Positions 47,047-48,554 of a DNA stretch of 48,554 bases are shown here, one piece after another. The notes beneath the pieces were generated by a model. That model ran no database searches, was not told the DNA's origin, and saw only the letters and a program-made list of their open reading frames with translations. Origin of the DNA: Eledone cirrhosa (Eukaryota); assembly GCA_964016885.1 (NCBI GenBank), contig CAXHJY010001627.1, positions 1 through 48,554 of the forward strand, given 5' to 3'. Position 1 is the stretch's first letter. Each line of letters starts with the position of its first letter. The translations under genes were made by a program, and so were the position numbers.

Positions 47047-48554
<1,508 letters not shown>

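Overview
Eukaryotic, very AT-rich, repeat-dominated window. The repeat families point to a coleoid cephalopod (octopus-like) genome, which is an inference. I recognise no host protein-coding gene, and the long I/Y/C/V/M ORFs are translations of (TA)n/(TG)n microsatellite. Main contents: (1) at 1-1634, an array of about 4.9 apparently identical 310-bp units, each carrying a minimal type I hammerhead-ribozyme motif (CTGATGA...GAAACGCGTA) closed by a 16-bp stem, plus an inverted partial unit; this is a retrozyme/Penelope-pLTR-like architecture predicted to give 310-nt self-cleaved RNAs. (2) About 12 kb of (TA)n-based satellite into which a 5'-truncated RTE LINE with three C-terminal C2H2 fingers and a related 605-bp bipartite non-autonomous element have inserted side by side. 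(3) Several other RTE copies with a PHD-like insert, a CR1-group 3' fragment and many tRNA-type SINEs. (4) A Merlin/IS1595-type MITE built from two 3' ends and a TTAA MITE. (5) Several fold-back elements next to (TA)n, some with hammerhead-like remnants. (6) A possible RFX X-box promoter near 24.45 kb.
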